From NCBI GenBank assembly GCA_964509425.1, contig CAZDWZ010000011.1, forward strand, positions 35,429-99,428: 64,000 nucleotides of DNA, in the 5' to 3' direction. The translations under genes were made by a program, and so were the position numbers. Below, one piece after another: positions 60,767 through 64,000 of this stretch (position 1 is the stretch's first letter; each line of letters starts with the position of its first letter). Below the pieces are notes generated by a model that saw only the letters and a list, made by a program, of their open reading frames with translations, did no database searches and had not been told where the DNA came from. This stretch comes from an uncultured Bdellovibrionales bacterium. Lineage in GTDB: Bacteria > Bdellovibrionota_C > UBA2361 > SZUA-149 > CAZDWZ01.

Positions 60767-60845
60767 GCGACGGGTAAGAGGATGGCTCGAACCCGTGCTG
60801 CCGCGCTGGTGACTGATCACCCGCGCGGCAAGTTGCCTCTCTCGA

Positions 60846-61499
60846 TCACGCGTCCGTCACGGTGAACTCGAACCAGCCGTCCACGCACGCCATCGTGACC
60901 GCGAGCTGGTGGCCGGTTTCCATCGCGATCGCCGCCTTCTCGCCGTTCACGCTCAGTCGGAAGTTCGCCTTGTTCGCGTTCCCGGTCATGATGACGCGGA
61001 CCTTGCCGGCGACACCGTCGATCGCGATCGTCTTCGCGCCGAACCCGCCGTTCTCCGTGCGGTCGTAGTACTCGAACTTCTCCACGCGGGCGTTCACCTC
61101 GAGCGTGACGATCCCGCCGACCGACCCGGTGCGGGCCGTGCCGAAGCGGATCGCCCAGTCGGACGGGCCGGCCGCGTCGGGGTTCCCGACCACCGCGTTC
61201 ACGTTCACGACGGTGGACGCGCCGGAGAACAGGAACTGGACGGGGATCTCGATCGCCCCGTAGACGGGGGCGAGGCACCGGCTGCTGCCCGCGAAGTGCG
61301 ACTGGAGCACCACGCGGGTGTCGCCGAGCTTGAAGTTGGCCGGGAGTCCCGAGTGGGTGAAGTTACCCATCACGGGGGTCGCCGGCCGGAGGACGTCGTC
61401 GAACATGGGATCTGTACCAGCAGGAACTAAGGGAAGGGCCTGTACCGCTCGCATCGCCGAAAAGTCGGCGATCCAAGCGGTAAAGAGCCCGAAAACCAA
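60846..61499 (-). CDS. hypothetical beta-rich protein in a ~66% GC island
   Basis: Best frame in a high-GC block. Gly/Val/Asn/Thr-rich, suggesting a beta-sandwich. Start uncertain. Confidence 0.4.
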   Translation of the reverse strand: MVFGLFTAWIADFSAMRAVQALPLVPAGTDPMFDDVLRPATPVMGNFTHSGLPANFKLGDTRVVLQSHFAGSSRCLAPVYGAIEIPVQFLFSGASTVVNVNAVVGNPDAAGPSDWAIRFGTARTGSVGGIVTLEVNARVEKFEYYDRTENGGFGAKTIAIDGVAGKVRVIMTGNANKANFRLSVNGEKAAIAMETGHQLAVTMACVDGWFEFTVTDA

Positions 61500-61707
61500 T
61501 AAGCCATCCTCATCTACCCACCCCTTTCCCGAACGACGGAAACGGATGGATTTCTCAAGGGTCGACTACTCGGTGGGTGCCTCGAAGCGGAGACAGCGCT
61601 GTCAAAGATGGGGGCACTTTGTTTATGCGATCTTAGACGAAGGAGAAGTGGGTGATGCAAAAATGCAAGACTGTTGAAACAATTCTGACTCTGGTCTGTT
61701 ATCGACT

Positions 61708-62502
61708 CTACAAACTGGCGAGCGAATTCGCGAATTCTGCGACTCGAGCCCGATCGACGGCGTTATCGGCTTTCCCGTCTTTCTTGATGTAACTCCCCAC
61801 GATGAAGCCATTCACCTTATCCGCCACGCGATGAATGTTTGCCGGAGTTGCGCCGCTGCCGATGAGGATCGGGAGCGTCGTTGTTCCGCGGACGATATCG
61901 ACTTCCGCGGCGTCAGTTTCTGCTCCGGTTATCTCACCAGAGACGATGATAACGTCGGCGAGACCGCGTTCGGCGAGATCGCGAGTCTCCGCTTTTAGTC
62001 CACGGCCTCCGAGTGGTGCCGCGTGTTTCACTCCCACGTCGGCGAAAAGAAGCGCCTTGGATTTCAGCGCTGCCCTCAGTCGCAGCGTGAGGTGACTTTT
62101 TCCTTGGATGATTCCCTGTTCAGAGATTACTGCACCCATGTGAACGTTCACTCGAACGAATTGTGCGCTCACCGCGGTGGCTATCGCGATCGCCGCCTCT
62201 CCGTCGTTCCGCAGTGCGTTAATGCCGACTGGAACTCCCGCGGATTTGACGACTTCCCTTCCGATGCCAGCGAGAGCGGCAATTGTCTCCGCGGGGAGGC
62301 GGTCGGGATAAAATGGTTTGTCATGGAAATTTTCGACGATCACTCCGTCAATTTTTGCAGTTTTGAAGCTCTCGAGCTCTTCGAGAGCTTTGTCGTAGAT
62401 CGCGCTCATCGAGCCCCCATACCCCGGCGATCCCGGTAGCGGGAGGAGATGAATGCACGGGATAAAGGTCTTCTTTGCAGAAAAAAGATCTTCGTACTTC
62501 AT
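61708..62502 (-). CDS. BtpA/SgcQ family TIM-barrel protein
   Basis: FIPCIHLLPLPGSPGYGGSM matches the BtpA N-terminal IHxxPLPGSPxY motif. Full-length fit: GINALRND, VRVNVH, LIGSGATPANI. Start at the internal ATG (MKYEDLF). Confidence 0.75.
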   Translation of the reverse strand: MKYEDLFSAKKTFIPCIHLLPLPGSPGYGGSMSAIYDKALEELESFKTAKIDGVIVENFHDKPFYPDRLPAETIAALAGIGREVVKSAGVPVGINALRNDGEAAIAIATAVSAQFVRVNVHMGAVISEQGIIQGKSHLTLRLRAALKSKALLFADVGVKHAAPLGGRGLKAETRDLAERGLADVIIVSGEITGAETDAAEVDIVRGTTTLPILIGSGATPANIHRVADKVNGFIVGSYIKKDGKADNAVDRARVAEFANSLASL

Positions 62503-62678
62503 GACGGCTCCCTTGCGTATTTGGCTTTCGTTCACCTCATACCTGATTTCTCAAGGTACGTCAGAATTGCCCTGCCCCTCGGATCGCATTGGTTCGAACG
62601 GGAAATCGGAATCGGACCCTCAGACCGGCTTGGATGTGGTGAATACTAATTAAAATTATAGAAGAGAAAACACGCTCA

Positions 62679-63030
62679 GCGAACCGAAGCCGCATAGCTC
62701 AAATCCTCTCAGCAAGAGCCAAAAGAAGAGGAGCGTATGCGACTTAGGTGAGCATGGACCGGGATTTACATCACTCCCGGAAGCTCATTGTGTGGTCAAC
62801 TTCCGCCTCCGGCCGGGGTCACGTCCGGCAAACTGCCGACGCCCCCAGTTTCCCTTTTTCGGCGGCCATGGCCGTAGTCGAGGAAGGATTGGAATGACCA
62901 AACCACAATCGCAGAAAAGAGACGCAGAGTTTGCATCGCTCTTCCTCCTACGCAGCTCTTCGAAACTTGCGGCGGTCCGGAACGTACCGGGGCCAGGGTG
63001 CGAAGAGGCGCGTTCAGACCGCCGGAGAGT
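62679..63030. repeat. copy B of the ~340-bp duplicated element
   Basis: See copy A. Lies immediately upstream (on the minus strand) of the BtpA-family gene. Confidence 0.7.
62796..62936 (-). CDS. conserved mini-ORF (46 aa) inside repeat copy B
   Basis: Minus-strand AGGAGGaagagcgATG. MQTLRLFSAIVVWSFQSFLDYGHGRRKRETGGVGSLPDVTPAGGGS. This is the C-terminal 46 codons of the 62796..63113 track ORF. The upstream part of that ORF is not conserved in copy A. Confidence 0.4.
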   Translation of the reverse strand: MQTLRLFSAIVVWSFQSFLDYGHGRRKRETGGVGSLPDVTPAGGGS

Positions 63031-63350
63031 ATTCGCTCGCCGAACGATCTCAGCGCAATTCTTCGCAACAAAACGCAATTGCTATGCGGTATCGGGCGGG
63101 CGGAAGCTAACATAAGTCACAGGCGGAAACATGGACGTTTGGGGCCGCCGAGCTTGCAAGAAGATTTCATTTCGCGAAAGAGGAACTTTGGAAGGCCAAG
63201 GTGGCTCAAATTTGCGTCTATCGACAGCCCTCTCGCAAGGATTCCCAAACTGCGCTCCCCGAAAACATTTCGGGAGAGGAGAGGATCGCCGGGGTCGCTG
63301 TTTTATGGCGACTTCCCGGCGTTCCGCTCCGAGGTGACGACTGAGCAGGC

Positions 63351-63983
63351 TCAGACCGCGCGAACGACTTGTTGTGCGACGATCATTGTGAAGCTGCCGA
63401 TGAAGCAGGTGATCGTTGCGCTCAGCATGGCGTAGATGCTCAGCTCGCGATGACCCCTTCCGTCGAGCTGAATCATCAGGTGTTCGCTTTCGCTCAGCAA
63501 GGACACGCACCGCCCCGCGCAGATAAACGCTGCGCAGAGCACCATCAGCCATGCGAAGAGATGAAGCATTGACGGGAGAGCGAACTCACTGTTCCAGTCG
63601 CTCTGAAAACCGAGAACCGCGCACGACGACAGACCGAGCAGGAGATTCAAGCCGAGGAAGAAGCTGGACTTCACTTGACGTTTCACAGCCCGCGAGTAGG
63701 CGAGGCACCACACTCCGAAAAGGACACAGGCGACAGGTACGCCGATGTCCGGATCCGCAGAGTAGAGGCCTTGCTGTGCGGCCACGGTGATGCCGAAGCC
63801 GAGGTTTAACGTGGCGAAGCCGTAGCTCGGGATGAACGATTCGGCGGCGGGCTTCGGGTTGTTGGGGGTTGTGATTCTCCCGAGGGCGACGCCGAAGACG
63901 CCCATGAAGATGACGGCCGTGAGGACGGTCCACAGCGCGAACGTCCAGTTGAACGTACCCGCACGCGCCGAGGCGACCGCCAT
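63351..63983 (-). CDS. hypothetical polytopic membrane protein
   Basis: Six TM helices. Confidence 0.45.
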   Translation of the reverse strand: MAVASARAGTFNWTFALWTVLTAVIFMGVFGVALGRITTPNNPKPAAESFIPSYGFATLNLGFGITVAAQQGLYSADPDIGVPVACVLFGVWCLAYSRAVKRQVKSSFFLGLNLLLGLSSCAVLGFQSDWNSEFALPSMLHLFAWLMVLCAAFICAGRCVSLLSESEHLMIQLDGRGHRELSIYAMLSATITCFIGSFTMIVAQQVVRAV

Positions 63984-64000
63984 CAGTCCGACCGCGAGTC

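Overview
This is a 64-kb bacterial chromosomal fragment. Background GC is about 48-52% by eye, with several discrete 65-70% GC islands. No rRNA gene or CRISPR array is present. I could not recognise a tRNA, integrase or transposase, but I did not scan systematically for tRNA/tmRNA or for Y-recombinase/DDE motifs in any frame, so these are not excluded. Gene content points to an environmental, secretion-heavy bacterium, possibly PVC-superphylum-like. The evidence is a TAT-signal DUF1501 protein, many signal-peptide proteins that are Cys-rich or carry Pro/Thr linkers, TadE/TadG-like pseudopilins and vWA proteins. Genes I can actually recognise are: a HEAT-repeat protein; DUF1501; a type-1 periplasmic binding protein; a TrmB-like regulator; a convergent sensor kinase / OmpR-type regulator pair; a TadE-TadE-TadG(vWA) trio followed by a CX5R phosphatase-like protein; two GNAT acetyltransferases; an acyltransferase-3/SGNH protein; DUF457; a LysE translocator; a PEP-hydrolase-like TIM barrel; a BtpA-family TIM barrel; an M50-like HExxH membrane protease; and a DMP19/DUF4375-like protein. 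Most other ORFs are hypothetical. Items worth a second look, with coordinates in the findings: (1) a ~340-bp element present twice, each copy carrying a conserved minus-strand mini-ORF with a perfect AGGAGG Shine-Dalgarno, bounding a 2.9-kb module; (2) a ~950-aa protein whose C-terminus has a caspase-like (clan CD) His/Cys dyad signature; (3) an orphan Tad minor-pilin/vWA/phosphatase cluster; (4) a secreted protein built from four novel ~70-aa Cys-containing tandem repeats; (5) attC/REP-like imperfect palindromes bounding small ORFs; (6) tandem-repeat and palindromic sites in intergenic regions; (7) a strongly mosaic GC composition. All domain calls come from motif recognition by eye. No database search was run.
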